Positions 13,818 to 28,400 of a DNA stretch of 64,000 bases are shown piece by piece (within the stretch, counting starts at the first letter, position 1; every line of letters begins with the position of its first letter). The notes under the pieces were generated by a model, which did not search any database, had not been told where the DNA came from, and was given only the letters and a program-made list of their open reading frames with translations. A program made the translations under genes and the position numbers. The DNA is from Massalongia carnosa (Eukaryota), in NCBI GenBank assembly GCA_965645245.1, contig OZ287071.1, forward strand, positions 1,240,001-1,304,000. Direction: 5' to 3'.

Positions 13818-14866
13818 CGGCTTCAGCGAGAGTTTATCTGTGGAGAGATGCCCTTGGCTACAACATCTACCCGTCTATCCTAATTGTGGATGAAGAAGCC
13901 ACAAGAATCGCAGATGTGGGGACTGGCACCGGGTATAGAAAGCCGCTCTCCAGAATCGAGACTCGGATGGCTAATGAAACCGGACGAACGCAGGATCTGG
14001 CTCCTCGACGTCAACCGTCAGCATCCTTCGGTTATCCTAGACGGGTTCGACATCAGCCTAGATCAATGCCCGCCGGGGAATTGGTTGCCGGAGAAAGTCT
14101 CCATTCAGAAACTGGATATTTTGGCGCCACTGCCAGAGGATCTGATTGGCAAATACAACGTTGTGAATGTTCGGCTGTTTGCCTGCATCATCCAAAACGA
14201 CGACCCGATACCGATTTTGAAAAATCTGATGAGGATGTTAAGTAAATTAATTTATTATTAATTTGGCTTTCAAATACCTGGCCAAGTGTGTCTAGCATCT
14301 GGGTCACGTCTAGTAAACCTTCTACTAAAGCTTTATCTAACCAAGTCGCGCCCTCAGAGCCAGGGGGATACCTACAATGGGCTTAACACAACTTCAGCAG
14401 CTACTCCGTCGTCTCCGCCACGCACAAGCTCCGCGCCTCCGCCATGCATAAACATGTGCAAGAAATCAAGGATTGTGGAATTGGAAGGTGAGTTTGCTGA
14501 GTCTAACAGCCACTTATTGAAGTCCATCAAATTTCATTTCACTAGTCACGCCTCAACCATTAATTTTCCACCAGACCACCCCTAGCGGCAAAAATCTTGC
14601 TGCTTCGAACAAAGACGCTCGAAACTTTTCACTAACACCTTTCTGTTATTTGGGACAGCTGGGTGCCCCGCCTCTTGCACATCTGCAGCCAAGAAGGTCT
14701 CCTTGACGCCCGCACGCATTACCACCCCATCAGTTCTTCGGTGCGACCCTTCTTCACGCAGATTCAACTCATGGTGTCGGAAGAGTTCAGCTTCGCGACG
14801 CTCGACAATAGCGGTCCTGAGGCAAGCGGACCGCAGCGGAGGAGTGCAGGGAGGGTGTCGCGATGA
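13818..14866 (+). pseudogene. Degraded class I SAM-dependent methyltransferase
   Basis: Spliced reading gives YLWRDALGYNIYPSI..RIADVGTGTGIWLLD..LDGFDIS..KPGGYLQW; apparent frameshift near 13833, in-frame TAA at 14384-14386 (LQWA*), truncated 3' end, no clear start exon. Confidence 0.7.
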
Positions 14867-15156
14867 ACTTTTCGCTGGAGGTTACGGTTGGGAGAAAGGC
14901 GGTATAAGGGGGGGGGTTGTTTCTTTCATTTTTTCTTGCATCCCCCTCCCCTCAGATAAGAAATAGAATAAAACATAAAAAATTTAAGGATGTTGCTTGA
15001 TGAGGAAAGGAAGGAATGAGGAGAGTTAGAGAATTCATCTTTCATACATAATATATTTTTCATGCTCATCATCTCATTCGTTTTTTCTTTTCTTCTCCAA
15101 TAAGTCTCAGTCTGCCATCCAATCTCGGCTTAGCAGATGATGGGTAAAACGACAAC

Positions 15157-15180
15157 GGCGACGACGACGACGACGATGAT
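15157..15180. repeat. (GAC/GAT)n microsatellite
   Basis: ggcgacgacgacgacgacgatgat read directly; (CATC)n and (GTCCCG/GTCCCA)n tracts follow at ~15440-15500. Confidence 0.8.
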
Positions 15181-16120
15181 GCAGCAACAAGGAATAAAAA
15201 GGCAGGCAGATAAGAAGAGTTCGGCAACGGCGCGCATTTCCGTCGCGTTATGTAGTTACATATTTTATATATACGTAAATACAACCAAACGAACAACTAG
15301 CTTTCCAACCCCCCCCCCTGGCCTAAACTAGGCCATGCATGATGCATGGGGTTTTATAGGGGGGAGGGAATTAAGAGCTTGCGCTCTCTCTGATTGATGG
15401 CTACATCGTGCTCGGTGGCGTTGCCCCTACTCCAGATACCCATCCATCCATCCATCCATTCTGATCATGCCGGTCCCGGTCCCGGTCCCAGTCCCAGTCC
15501 CAAGGCCCAATCCAAACTCCAACCCGTCCAGGGGAAACCCAAAGAAGGCATATGGTAAACTCCCTGAAACTCCCATCCTGACTGGACAGAATAGAGGGTG
15601 CTATATCACCTAAGCTGAAATGAGATATGTAAAAGGGGCTGAAATGCACAATATGTAGAAAACACTCCTGTCAAGGAAAAGGTACGAAGGAATCTTATCG
15701 TACGGTCATGAATCGTTGTGAAAAACATCAAAGACGTGCATTACAGATGCCTAAGAGGACGTCTTTGGTGGGAGAAAAGGAGAAAGAAAACAAGCATCCA
15801 ACTCTGATATGAACAGCGCCCCTTGGTCCTGATAGGAAGATGCATGTATTAAAGACCGCGGATGAAACGCCGTGCTTGAGGATGTCGGTTCTTTGCCTGG
15901 ATGGAGAAAGGGAGGGGATCGGGAATGTAGTTTTGATTGTGAGAGGGAAATAGGGGATTGAGCAGGATAAAAAGAGGCAGCAACAATAGGAACAGCGGTG
16001 GTGCTTTCCTACGCGCTCAATGAACGGCAGATGGGTGAGGAGAGGCGAAGCTTGGGCCTATCCGAAAATGGAAAAGGATGATTCAAATGAATGGTGAAGG
16101 GTCCCAGGCAGTACCCCGAA

Positions 16121-19100
16121 CTACCGCGGTGGAGTGGTGGCAATGGCGGGTGCTGCGTTAATCATTACACCGGCTGGAGGTTTGGAAGATTGTGCTGATG
16201 CCTGAACTATACTGGTCCGTTTTGCAAGAACTTGCATTTTCTTTCGCAGAGCTGCGAGCCTGACCCGAAGGCTATGAACCACTGTAGGATAATAACCCTT
16301 AGCCGGATCCTACACCTGCAAGCGCAAAGCGGGGGCTGCTTACGCTTGAGAACAACCTTCCTGTCTTCAGCCTCCACTCCATTCACGGATTCATCATCCG
16401 TAATCGATCCCTTGGCTTCTTTGTCTTCCGCAACAGATCTTTTAGGGACTGAATCATCGTCGTTCTCCAAGACCGCTTCCAACATCCGCATTGCCGTGAC
16501 GTACGCAATCTCACAACCGGGCAGATCGTCACCAACCAATTCCATCACGGCCGCAGACCGGCTCATCTCCAAGGCTCGATCATACATCAGTTTTTCAGCG
16601 GTCACTCCTGGGCTCACAATGACATTGTCTGCAGAAGTTCCCATGCCCAACGAGTTCGACGTAGAAGGATGGTTGTTCGGGTGGCTCGGATGATCAAGAG
16701 GAAGTTGCTTCTGGGACTCGATAAGCTTAAGGCGCACAAATTCTGCCTTTTCCAAAACTTCATTGAAGCGACTTCGGACCCATTGCACCACATTGTTGAC
16801 TCGATTGCCAACTGCAACATTATTGGGCGCGCTTGGTTGCGTTTGATGGGAACGGGACTCGTCAACAACTTCCCCGCGGTTTTTGCGTGCCCACCAAGCT
16901 CCGGCAATGTCCATCGAGCGGGCAAGCAAAGAAAGTGCTTTGACATAGAGAACCAAGGCCTCTTCCGAGAGCGTGACGATAGCGTCAATGGTTAGACCAT
17001 CGTCTTCCGTGGTACTAGCCTCAACTTCACTCCCTTCGGGACCTTCGGGAATACCCGCTTGACGCAAGCCAAGCCCTTGCTCTGTGGACGGCGCCAGGGG
17101 TATCAATTGCCTGTATTTGACCTCTGCAAAGCCATACACCACGTCGCTCCTCGTGGCCGACTCTTCAACAACCAAGACTGCCCTCGAATCTTCATCGGGA
17201 GGCATCGAGCTCTTTGATCCATCTCCAATCATGACGACCGAACCCTGGTGAGCGGGATATGCAGGAAACGGGCTGTACGCAGGCGGCGAAGGCCCTCTAC
17301 CCATCACGCGTGGGGGCGACCATCCCATGTTCAGAAGTCGCCCGCCTGCCATGGTCAAGGCCTTGGAAATGGCCGAAGTCGCCGCGGCGGGGTCCCGAAC
17401 TCTTCGCTCGTATGAGCTTTGCCGATGATGCGTTTGATCCGGCCGTTTGCCGGATGCAAGTTGCATGGCCCTTGATGGAGCGACTTGAGCCCCTGTCGTC
17501 GAATTGAGCACTCCTTGAGTGGTTGCCCGCCGGACCATGGCGCCGCGTTGGGCATCCGATGGCGCGGAGCCTTGTATCCGGGGACTTGCCGCGATTTCGT
17601 CGGCGAAAGCATTGACTTCCACCGCTCGTTTCTCCACCAACACATAGTCTCTTTCAAAAGCAACATCTTGTGCGGCGCGCTCGCGTGCTTCTCTAGCTTC
17701 CCGTGTCGCTCTATCGTCTTTTCGCGGCGCTGAAAGATCCCGCGGCCGTGGCTTTTCTCCACTCCCTACGGACGTAGGCGACGAAGTGTTACGGCTAGAT
17801 TGCCTTTGCATCACCGTGGCGGCGATTTTTCTCGACCCCGGGGCATGAAATTCCTGCCGCGCAGGCGCCGTGGCATGGGAAACGATGCTAGGACGTCGAA
17901 CCGCTCCACGCTCACGACCATTTGGCGCTGCTGGTGCGGACGACTCGTGTCTATGTCCGGTACTACGCGGTTGAGAAGGCATCGATCGAGGCGTACCGGA
18001 GGAGTGACGGTCTGCGTTTGGGTCGGAACGTGCAGCCGTCGCTTGCTGACTACGAGACTCTACTTCGTTTGGGAGCTGGGAAGCATTTCCTGGTACATCA
18101 CGCCTTTGCCTTGCCCCAGCTTCACCTACAGGGTCGTTCCCCAGAGCAGTCTCAGAGTTTGTTTCAGGGGGTGATGATGCTATGGGATTTTCCAGTGCTC
18201 GTTCTGGCTGCGAGGATTCGATCGGTCTATCGTCACCTACTAAGCCAGGAATCGCATCTTTCACTACGGTATTGTTGAAGAAATCCCTGAACCCCATTCT
18301 TTCCACTGGGTTCCGTGCCAGAAGCCCTCGAATGAGTTTTTTCATCGGAGCAGATACAATCGCATCATCAGGGAATCTGATTCTGTCTTCGCCTCTCTCA
18401 ATCTTCCGTAGTAGCTCGACGTGATTTGACGCTCTAAATGGAGGTTTTCCCGCCACCATCTCATATAGCACTGTGCCAACCGACCAAAGATCGGCCTTTG
18501 CATCGTATTTCTCATACCGCAGAATTTCGGGGGCCATGTACAGCGGCGATCCGCAAAGTGTCTCTGCAAGCGACGTTGATGGCAAGGAACGTGCAAATCC
18601 GAAGTCAGCAATCTTCAAAGTGGGTAACGACTCGATCCCCACAATCGGGATCAATGATCTGTCATGGGCGGCATACGGTACCGCTTCGGGTTTTGCTTTG
18701 GCATAAAAGACCGGCGATGGGTCCAGAAGGAGATTCTGCGGCTTGACGTCGCGATGAATGAAGTTCCTGTTCCGGAGAAACTCCAGAGCACTGGCTAGTT
18801 GCTTTAAGAAATGCCGAACGACGACTTCGTTTAACCCGCCGGCTGTGGGGTTTGGATATCTCTCCACCATGTCTTTGGTGGCTTCGTGCCGGTACAGGGT
18901 GTCTCGTTTCTTGATGAAATAGGACAAGTCTCCCAACTCGCAAAACTCCATGACTAGATGTATATGTGCGGTTGTTTCCTGGCAGTCGATCAACGCCACG
19001 ATATGTGGATGGTGAAGGCCCTTCAGGATGTGAATTTCCGAGTAGAGGTTGTCCTTGAGCTTCTTGTTGAGTTTGTTCAAGTCCACGGATTTGATAGCTA

Positions 19101-19409
19101 CGAAGCCAGGCTTCTTCTACGTAATCATGGCGGTTAGCATGACGATTCATTTCCATGAGTTTCATGACCACATCCCTCTCGCTGAATGGGTAGATCAGGG
19201 AACCGCCAGCCAAACAGGGCCAGATAAATGACCGGCATATGGCCGGCATCGAGGATATGTATACTTACCGAATACGCCGCCTTATATACTGTTGCAAAAC
19301 TCCCGCGGCCAATCTCCTCCAACCTTGTGAAGCTACCGATAGTCATCCCCCTTTGACCTGCCTCTCCCGGACGTCTTGACGCCGACGGCACATTCGATCG
19401 GGCCGCCAT
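16121..19409 (-). CDS. ATG1: Serine/threonine kinase ATG1 (autophagy), 3 exons
   Basis: [52 protein letters not shown]-terminal Atg1 MIT-like motifs ([49 protein letters not shown]). Last exon ends ...TTPPR TAG at 16121-16123. Confidence 0.96.
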
Positions 19410-22400
19410 GTTGAATTCTCCGAGGTTCCACCTTCACGGTCCCGCACTTCTCTCTATGTAAAGATTCCAGCTCCAGCGTCACCAGTGTAAATGGGGATAG
19501 AGCGTTGCCGTCAGCGAGTTACACATGAAGTGCTAATGTTGGGCTTATTTGGGTCTGCGAGGCGTATATCTGGGTGAATGTGTACTTTCTCGTGCCGAGA
19601 TGCGCTGTGCAGGATGGCTGTTGTTTGGTGGAGCAGAGGCGTTTTGAGATGAAGTAGCTGATAGGACGTCGATCGAAGAGATGGTTGCTTTCGCTGCAGG
19701 GGTTAGCCAGGTAGGCAGGTAGGCAGGCAGTCAGGCAGTCGAGCAGTCAAGCCAAAAGCGCGGGGTACTTTAAGGAATAGGGGGTATTTGGGTGAGGGGG
19801 AGTATGATGCGGCCTGGTCGAGTAAAGGCGTGATAGGGCTGTCAGGCGTGAAGGGTTGGGGATGTGATGTGCTCAATACGGATTAGTCACGCGTGTGACT
19901 TCGTGACTGGTTGTGTCTCGAGGGGGGATGGGGGTCAAGTAAGATATGGGGTATAGGGTAAATAGAGTATAGGGTACGGAGTACGGAGTGCAGAATACCA
20001 AGTAGTATACGAGTAAATCGCAGTGACAACACGTGGTTTTATCCAGGTAATTTGGTCATGATACTATGTATGGAGTACTCGGTATTGTTTCATGAAAAAT
20101 TTACGGATTCGACAAAAGGATGAAGCATGTGAGAAAGGAGAAGCTTGGACAGGGATGCTCCGCTGTTGATAGTGCTACGTCAGTTCACCTGGCGACGAAG
20201 AATACAACAAATACAGTACACCGAATACCGAAAACAGAGTCACGAAGTTACAGATGATACGATACATAAAAAGTCACCCTGTACTAGACATGACGGAGAA
20301 CCTGAGTCACGATCTCACGACACAGAGGCTCAGTCTGATCAGCCCTCCTAGTTCGGTACCTATCTACCTCACCAATTTATCTACCTATCCGAGGTACCAC
20401 CGTGCTTACCTGCCTACCTACATATCGCCTGGATGTTCTCCCGCTTCCGCGCTGCTGCTGCTGCTGCCTCGTGTTGCCCGCCATTGCTATTGCCATTGCC
20501 ACCCTACAATAAGAGGATACATAGTTAGCCTTTCTAGCGAACTATATCGCCCGTTGAAACCAATAGACTTTGGCTGGGAACGAGGCAGTGATCCATCTCA
20601 GCGCACGTCCGACTTGACTAGTTAGGTGCAGAGACCTCTATCCGCACATGCCTGTTCTATCTAGCGTGATAAAGCGGCTACAGGCTGCCTGGACGCTTTT
20701 GATAATGCAGCTCTTGGACCCGATTCGTTGCAGATGGTCGATTGACATCTTTGGAGCCAAGGATCGACAAATGAGTAAGCGACATGTTGCACTCTGGCAT
20801 GCCTGTGCCACCGCTGATGTACTTAGCCTATTGAAATGGGTTTGTGGTCGAGATTCTTTCATTCCTCTGACGCTTTCTCTATATTTGCTTTGCACATGTC
20901 CATGCAGCTCAGGACTTATTTATTCAAAAAAGCGATCAATCCGGTGTAGCTAGCAGTGAGAGACGTTTGCTCTCACAATACCACCACTCTTTGGGAGAAG
21001 AGAGAACTCCATACCGGAGGTAAGAATGTTACCGAGAGGATGGGGAAACATCAGGGGGAAAAGAGAGTAAAAATGTCGACGCAAAGAACATGATCCTCAG
21101 CCACGTCTCAGAGTGTATATCTTCATAATATCGCCGATCAACTGTCAATATTCCATCGTTCATACCATGGTGACACTGACACTGGAATCGATCGTGCAGG
21201 AACTATGGCTCGAACACGACCACGCTTGACATGCTCCTAATATTGAAGGGATTTAAGTCTTTGATTCCAAGCTTCCTTTTCTCCTTTTGCTCATTCTCAC
21301 TTCTGACAATTTTTCTAGCCAACAGGTAAGTTGTGCCATGCTTATTCGTTGTTCTGCTCTTATGGTCGTTGCTGCTTGATATGTAAAGGGTGGAATGATT
21401 AGACGAATGAGAACACAATCTTCAAAATACATTTGAGCCAAAATTCTTGTTTAGCCAGTGAGGTATATATAGGCAAGGCCCGAACCAGACATCTCTCTTT
21501 CTCTGTACTCTACGAAATCAGAAGTTTAATGCGCTCCCTAGCATAAACCTAAAAAGATAAATGGAAGTTATCTTTACTATTCGTATTTAGAAAAAGTTTT
21601 GGGCAGCCTAACCACTCAGCTAGTATCATAGATCTATCTTCTGATCGTTAATGATGTCGACCGGATGTCAATGAATGTTGACTTTAACCCATCATATATA
21701 ATCTAATATGTCTACATGGCATATAATTTGGGTTTGGCCATAACGATGCGAGTAACTTCAAGACACTGCAATTAGCCTGAACCATGCGGCCTAGATAGGT
21801 TTGGATTTGACTTTGAAAGATTATTGTGATGCAGGTTTTCAATGGATTTGCTTGCCCAATCTGCAGAATGACGCTATCTTTGATTACGGGATATGTTCGA
21901 ATGAAACATTTCTCATTACCTGTCACTCCTGTCTGTCTACGGAGCTATATCATAACGCATGTTGTTGTCAATCCAATCCATAACGACTGCATGAATCCTA
22001 TGAGCAGCTAATGAACCATCTATCACGAGCGCCCCATCATCATGCATTTCCTTCTTTCATGCCAACTTTTCAGTTATACTACAGCATACATGATGTAACC
22101 CGATTTCTATGAGATGAGCAGAAAAGCAGAGGTAAACAACGCTGGTGGAAAGATAGGTTTTTGGCATAGATCACAGGTTGATCCTGTCCATGACTTCTAC
22201 TTTCTCTGCCCTTCCTCTGCTCTCTTTACAATAACAAATTAAAGGTTATCCATCTCAATCCTCGCTATAAAGCTTTTTGCTCTTACTGCTGTTGTGACAG
22301 CATACGCAGCCTCTCTCGTCTTTGGCATATCTACACACAACGACACTTAAGCTCGAAAAATGGTTGCCACCTATGCACGTCTATTGTAGACATCGCCTAA

Positions 22401-25400
22401 TTAGTCGGTCTCCGCACAGAGACATTACGCTCAACCTCTACATGGGCGTTGGTCTCAGTGCCGCACATGTTCGCGAATGTATCAACTTCCTGCACGCCTA
22501 TTGTGGCATTCAAAACCGAAGAGTAGAGACCCTTTGCTAACGCTGTAGTAAGGTCTTGTTGGATAGACATCGAGTGTTCTTGTGGCTGCCAATGTAACCA
22601 GGTTAGCTTCAGTGCTTCCCTACTGGATTCTAAATACAGTCTTGAACCGCTATGAGTACAAGGAAAGGTCCTTGAGGGAAAAAATATAATCGGACTGAAG
22701 AACTCAACATGTCATTTTCAGATGATGTTGGGGAACGGAAGGGAATTGACCCCTGATACTTGGTTAAGACTCAGCTAGTACCGAAAGATTATAACAGAAT
22801 ATGCGACTCTTTCGTGCACTCTCTTTCCCTTCTATTTTCTCTTCCCCCTTCTATCCCTTCATATTTTCCTCATCTCCTGTTCTCTTTTCTTTCTTTCCCT
22901 CTTGAACCGCTATGCGTTCGTTCGTGCTTAACTTGGGACTCCTATTCGAAAATGGATTGAGAAACGAGTTGCTGGAACGAAATTCCCAAATCGTGAATGA
23001 GGATTTTACGAGGGGGTTGGAATAGAGAACGGAGTTTTTCAAAGAGAGGAGGATGTGCGTGGGTGAATGAGAATGATTGTCAAATCGCGGTAGACTAGCT
23101 CTGCTGTGCTTTACACATATACACACTTTTTGAACACAAGAGAATGAAGAGATAGAATTAGCTTGGATGTGAACAGGGGGATAATGGAAAAGGTATGGGG
23201 GATGGACTCGATCATATGTAGATATGGCGTGGTGGGCGTGACTGAGACGTGGAGCAAGGGAGATTATCTATACCGGTTGAGGGAAGAAAAAGAATGTATC
23301 AAGCTCAGCACATACCATATAATGTCGATCATCAACCGCGCATGATCATGCTTTCCCCTCCCTCTTCTCTCTTTCACTTCCCTCGGGCCAGAAACCACGC
23401 GTACAAGCAGGAAAATTAGCGAAAAGAGGGGATTAGCTGCAATGAGATGAGGTGACGGGGAAAGATAATGATTGAACAGCACGATTCGATCGAGGGCTTG
23501 TGGTAATGTGATACCAGTGACTGATGCTGGCTCTAGTGTGCTGAGAGATACAAAAAAGGAAATAAACCAAATGTCGAGTTGGAAAAATTCGCTCAGCCAG
23601 ATCTATCCCTCCTTCTCACACACTTTTTTTTTTCCTAATCCTTCATGCTTGCTCACACGGTAAGGACAAACGGACTCTAGAGAAAGAATTAGATAGATGA
23701 GCGGCGGGTGTAGAGGTTCTTGAAATTTTAGGTAGGTGGGTTGGTAGGTAGGTAGGAGGTAGGAGATAGAAGATAAGAAAAGGGGCGAAGAGGGAAGAAG
23801 AGGGAAGAAGAGGAGAGAGAAAAGGAAGAGGAATACTGAAAATGAAAAAGAGAAGAGGAAGAGCGAAGTGCTTCTTGAGAATTTAATCATTTATCTCGTC
23901 GTCCTGCCTACCTATCTACCTATCTACATGTTTACCTATTCAGTCAATCAATCAATCAATCACTCCACCTGCCTCCCCAATCAGCCAATTAACCAATCAA
24001 TCAATCACCAGCTCAACTGCCTCCTAAAATCATGCGAAATAGCTCACATACATGTAGTTTCCCTCAAGAATAAAATAAAACAAATTGACAAATTTATGAC
24101 TAGCTCCATGTACGTATAAACAACCCTCCCTTGGGGAGATAAGGACTGCGTAAGAACTCGATTCTAGCAAAAAAAACCCCCCTATTGAGATTGAGAGGGT
24201 AATTCCCAGAAAAGGAATCCTTGGATGCTCGTAATACTCTACATAATAGGAATCAAATGGCCTTCAGCACACCTCCCCGCCTATCTACCTGTCTACCCAT
24301 CTAGCCGTAGATACTGCATCTTGCGAACGAACCACCTCCTCAACCCCAACCCCAACCCCCCCTTTTTTTTCTCCTCCTCTTCCTTTCCCCTCAAAAACCC
24401 GACCAAAAGGCCCCAAACCATGCAATTCAAGGATGAGTAAAAGGTAAACTAGTTATACCCTGATCCAACGGAAGTACGAATCGCGGGGTGACTACAGCGG
24501 CAAGGAAGAAGAAGAAAAAGAAATTGCGAATGGATCGCTGGATGGGTCTTCTTCGTGCTTGTAGAGAAGGGGGGGTGGGGGGTTGTTTATTATGATTTGA
24601 AAAGGGGGGTAATGTGTGGAGGATAAGGAGTGGGAGGGATGAACTTGGATTTTTCGGGTAGGGGGGATCTGTGAAGAGAGAAAGATTCAAATGTAAATGC
24701 AGATGGGGGCTGCAAGGTGGGGATTTATTTTCTGAACGCTTTACGGTTTGAACAGATAGATGGGATGGATGTGAAGATCTGTGCGACAGGTTATATATGT
24801 ATTCCTACTATACGTCTGTTTAGCTTTCACAACAGAAAGAAACGTAGGAACGTGGTTAGGAATGCCAAATTGATGATAAATATCCAGAGGGATGGAACCG
24901 AACGGAAATGCGGCAACTGACGGTTCACAGAAAGACTCGCTTGCATGATGAGAAAACCGGGAGAGTGGTGGAAAGGAGAAGGGAAAGGACTGGAATCTAA
25001 CAGGCAGAGCTTTGCTCCAATGCTTATAAACCCGTCCTTATGAATATTTGACATGTCCACATCCTCGGCACTCATGACGAAAATCACCCTTGCGCTGATG
25101 CTTACTGCATCTCGCATAGATTGCTGACATAACAATAAGTAACCTGTACCGCTGTCGTTCCATTTGAAAGGTTCGCGTAAGATCTTCGACGTTTTCAATA
25201 AAGAATTAGTAATATATTAGAAAACTATCGGTTTCGGTTGGTTTTTGCTTCATCTGACTTCATTGAGCAAGCGGTTTTAGTAAAAAAGAAACCCAAGTAT
25301 AGTAAAAATTTGATGGCGAAGATGTTGAAGATGCGGTACGGGCGAGTTTTGGATGTTTCGTGTTCAATGACAAGGGTTGAGAGCTCCCTGTAATAATATC

Positions 25401-28400
25401 GAGATTAATTATAGAATGAAGTAGATATTGATGTGCGACATGTGCCCCGAGATGGGGTGTTACAGATACTAAATGGGCGGATGTGAATATTGACGAAAAA
25501 AGCCATCTTAAGAGTTACCAATCGAGACAATCCAAGGACGACGAAAGGCTATTCGCGTTTCTTGCCCCCTTGGCAGTTCATAAAGGGAAATGATGACAAC
25601 TCTGTTTGTAACCACTATAAAACACCCATTTTCCACGGCTTCCCGTGTGAGTGAAGAAAGAGCAGCAACAACTGCAGAAGAGCTGCCGTAAGAGCTGTCA
25701 CCGACCCAGTAATGTCCGGATTTTGTTGCATGGCTTTGGACAGGATTTGTCACACCAGAAAAACGGTTAGCTAGTAGTTGTGCTTCCAAATGGCAAATTT
25801 CCAACGAGTCAACACCAGGAATCCGAACCGGACCGCTTCCGACATAAAATTTCCAAGGAGCGGGATTGATGATGATGGGACAGTTGACGCTGGCAGCAGT
25901 GACTGGAGATTACCCTGAGGGCAAGTTTTTTGACAGGAACGTTGGACGGGAGTTGTGAAACCTGAAATCTCTGAGGCTTTATCCATAGTTCAAAATTTAC
26001 CGTTCCGTTCAGGAGGGATTCCAGCATCTCCTGTTGAACAAGAAGGCAGGTACTCAGTTTGTTAAACATTACATGGATAGACTCAATCGCCCATCTACTA
26101 CTGATACTGTTTTTCCCTGGATCTGTAAATTTGCCCATGTCTGAAACGTAACACATCAAATTATGATCCATCCTGGACGTCACACATGTGAACGCTCGCA
26201 CTCGCACGTGGCAAGCAAGCAGAATTGATCGACGGCTAGCCACGTCCCGCCAACTCCTTTCCCCCGCAGATGGCCCTTTTAATGCGGGATTTTATCACAG
26301 GCGAAGTTTTTCTTCTAACGCTTGAAGACTTGAGACTCAAAGAGGGCCGATGCCACATGGCCATGAACCTAAAAATTGCTCTAAGTAAAGTCAAAGCCAA
26401 GGCGTCTGTGCCTGAGATAAGCCTAAGATATGCCCTATGGTTAGTGAAGCCATTTTCCTGGGACAGTGTAGAGGTCTATGCCCTGAAACCATGGTTTTGA
26501 TGATTGCGCTTATGCCGGTCCATCTCAGCTTCGGGTCTTAGATGTGAAACCTTCAAAAGGATGATCCCACATTGTTGGGCGAAAATCACGCACAAGCCGT
26601 GGGCCGTGAGAAGCATGGCTCTCGGAGGTCCGCACTTTGGAAATTTCATTGGTGAAAGGCCAACAACGATCAGGTATCATCCGGAAAGTCTGACGTCTTC
26701 GTAAATAGTAAGCAATAGTTACTCCCGATCCAGAAATATTAATGACAATCCGTATCAGCGCTATAGTGTGGGGCATTCGCCTTTTCAAACTTGGTGGAAA
26801 CATCCGCGAAGCCGCAGAATTAAATCTCCATACAGAGTACCGAATACCGCCATCTAAACCTTTTCATACGTTGTACCTCTAGCGGGGCAGTTTGCCAGGC
26901 CGTATCCCGTTGAACATATTGGATTCGGTTATCGATACTCTTCGGATGATGCCTTATCGTAAATTTTTTGTTGGAGATCTTTCGGACCTGTAGGATTGGG
27001 TGTTCGACCTACTGAAAAGGGTTTCCAGTTTAGAGATGGTCCAGACTTCATCACAATCAGTCCCCTTTACGGAGTATTGACTCTTAGTTAGATAGTTTCA
27101 ATGGCCCTGGATTCCACATATCTCGACACCAGCTCCATTGAAATCAATCCCTTAATGTAGAAAATCGTAGGAACCCAATAAAAAACCATGAAGGTTCGTG
27201 GTTCTAAAATTTTACAGACCAATCATGATACCGAGTGACTGGCTAGCCATGGAGTTGATTTCCCGAATCGGTAATGATGGCTCACGCCGTATCTATCTAT
27301 CGTTAACTAGTCCCAGCCTCATGTTCAACTTGAGTCCTAGGCCAACCAAACTCCAGCAAACCCACGATGGCTTGAAGCTTAACGCGGGCTTAGAGAACAT
27401 GTGGAGCGTGTTAGACTTGAGCTCGTAGTATGGACTCATGACCGGAATGATCGGCTCCAAATGTTAGCCTCTGACTATCTGAATTTTGCATGGTGCCTGC
27501 AGCTGGAAATGCTTGGCATAGGATGTTTGAATTTCGCTGTTTGTGCGATCGTTGTGGATGTGAGCTTCTGGAGCAGCGTTCATGGAGTAGGGAAGATATC
27601 CAAGCTCTTAAACAGATCTCCAAAGGAAAAGCACGGTCTTGAATATCCTCAGCCTCAGCATGTCGCCCAACATGTTAAAATCAATTCGGTAGATCGTACT
27701 ATGGCTGGCACCATGTCCCAGGTACCTCAGGTTACTTCTGTGTTTGCCTTGGTACCTGCGCCTGTGGGTCCGTTCCTGCATTAGCTTGTTGCCTTTCCTG
27801 CAAAACCCGATTGGCGTTCTTCTAGAGACCTTCCTGGCCTGACATGGCAAGGGTTACTCACAGCTATCGCATGGCGGTCGGATCCAAGGCCCCCTTGTGC
27901 AATTGGTGGTCTATGCCCAAAGGCACAAAGTGTCAAACAATAATATTCAAAAGCATTTCCCAGAAAGAGATTCTTGCATAAATCGTCGCATTAGTTACTA
28001 TAATTGTGATGCACCGGACCAAAGCTAACGGCATAACCTTGCTGGGATGGGAAAGGTTAAGTGGAAGTGAGTGTAAAAGCAGCGTGAGCGCCCATTCCGC
28101 ATTTGCATGTAATCTCTTGCCACTCAATCGATAGTCTTAATCCATTGTCCAATACCTATTTTTGGCATGCTTAAACATCGATGGTGTGTGACGCTTTATG
28201 CAACCTCATCAATTCAAAGCGCATAAAAGCATTAGTCTTTGCACACACAGCGATATGTAACGTCTCAACGCTTTGTAATGAGAAGTTTTGATGTGTGACT
28301 ACTAAGAAAGTGAGATATCATCGAAGTTGGATGGCTTGCCATATTATCTGTGCCTTTGTGGACCTAGAAGTGATCAGGAGTACTTACTGTCTGAAGAATG

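Noticed and set aside
16232..19249. Many 60-195 aa ORFs overlapping ATG1
   Set aside because: Alternate-frame or antisense shadows of a GC-rich conserved CDS; no motifs.
27455..27547. Imperfect ~39-bp duplication (MLASDYLNFA / MLGIGCLNFA in ORF 27401-27784)
   Set aside because: Only two weakly similar copies and no other coding evidence.
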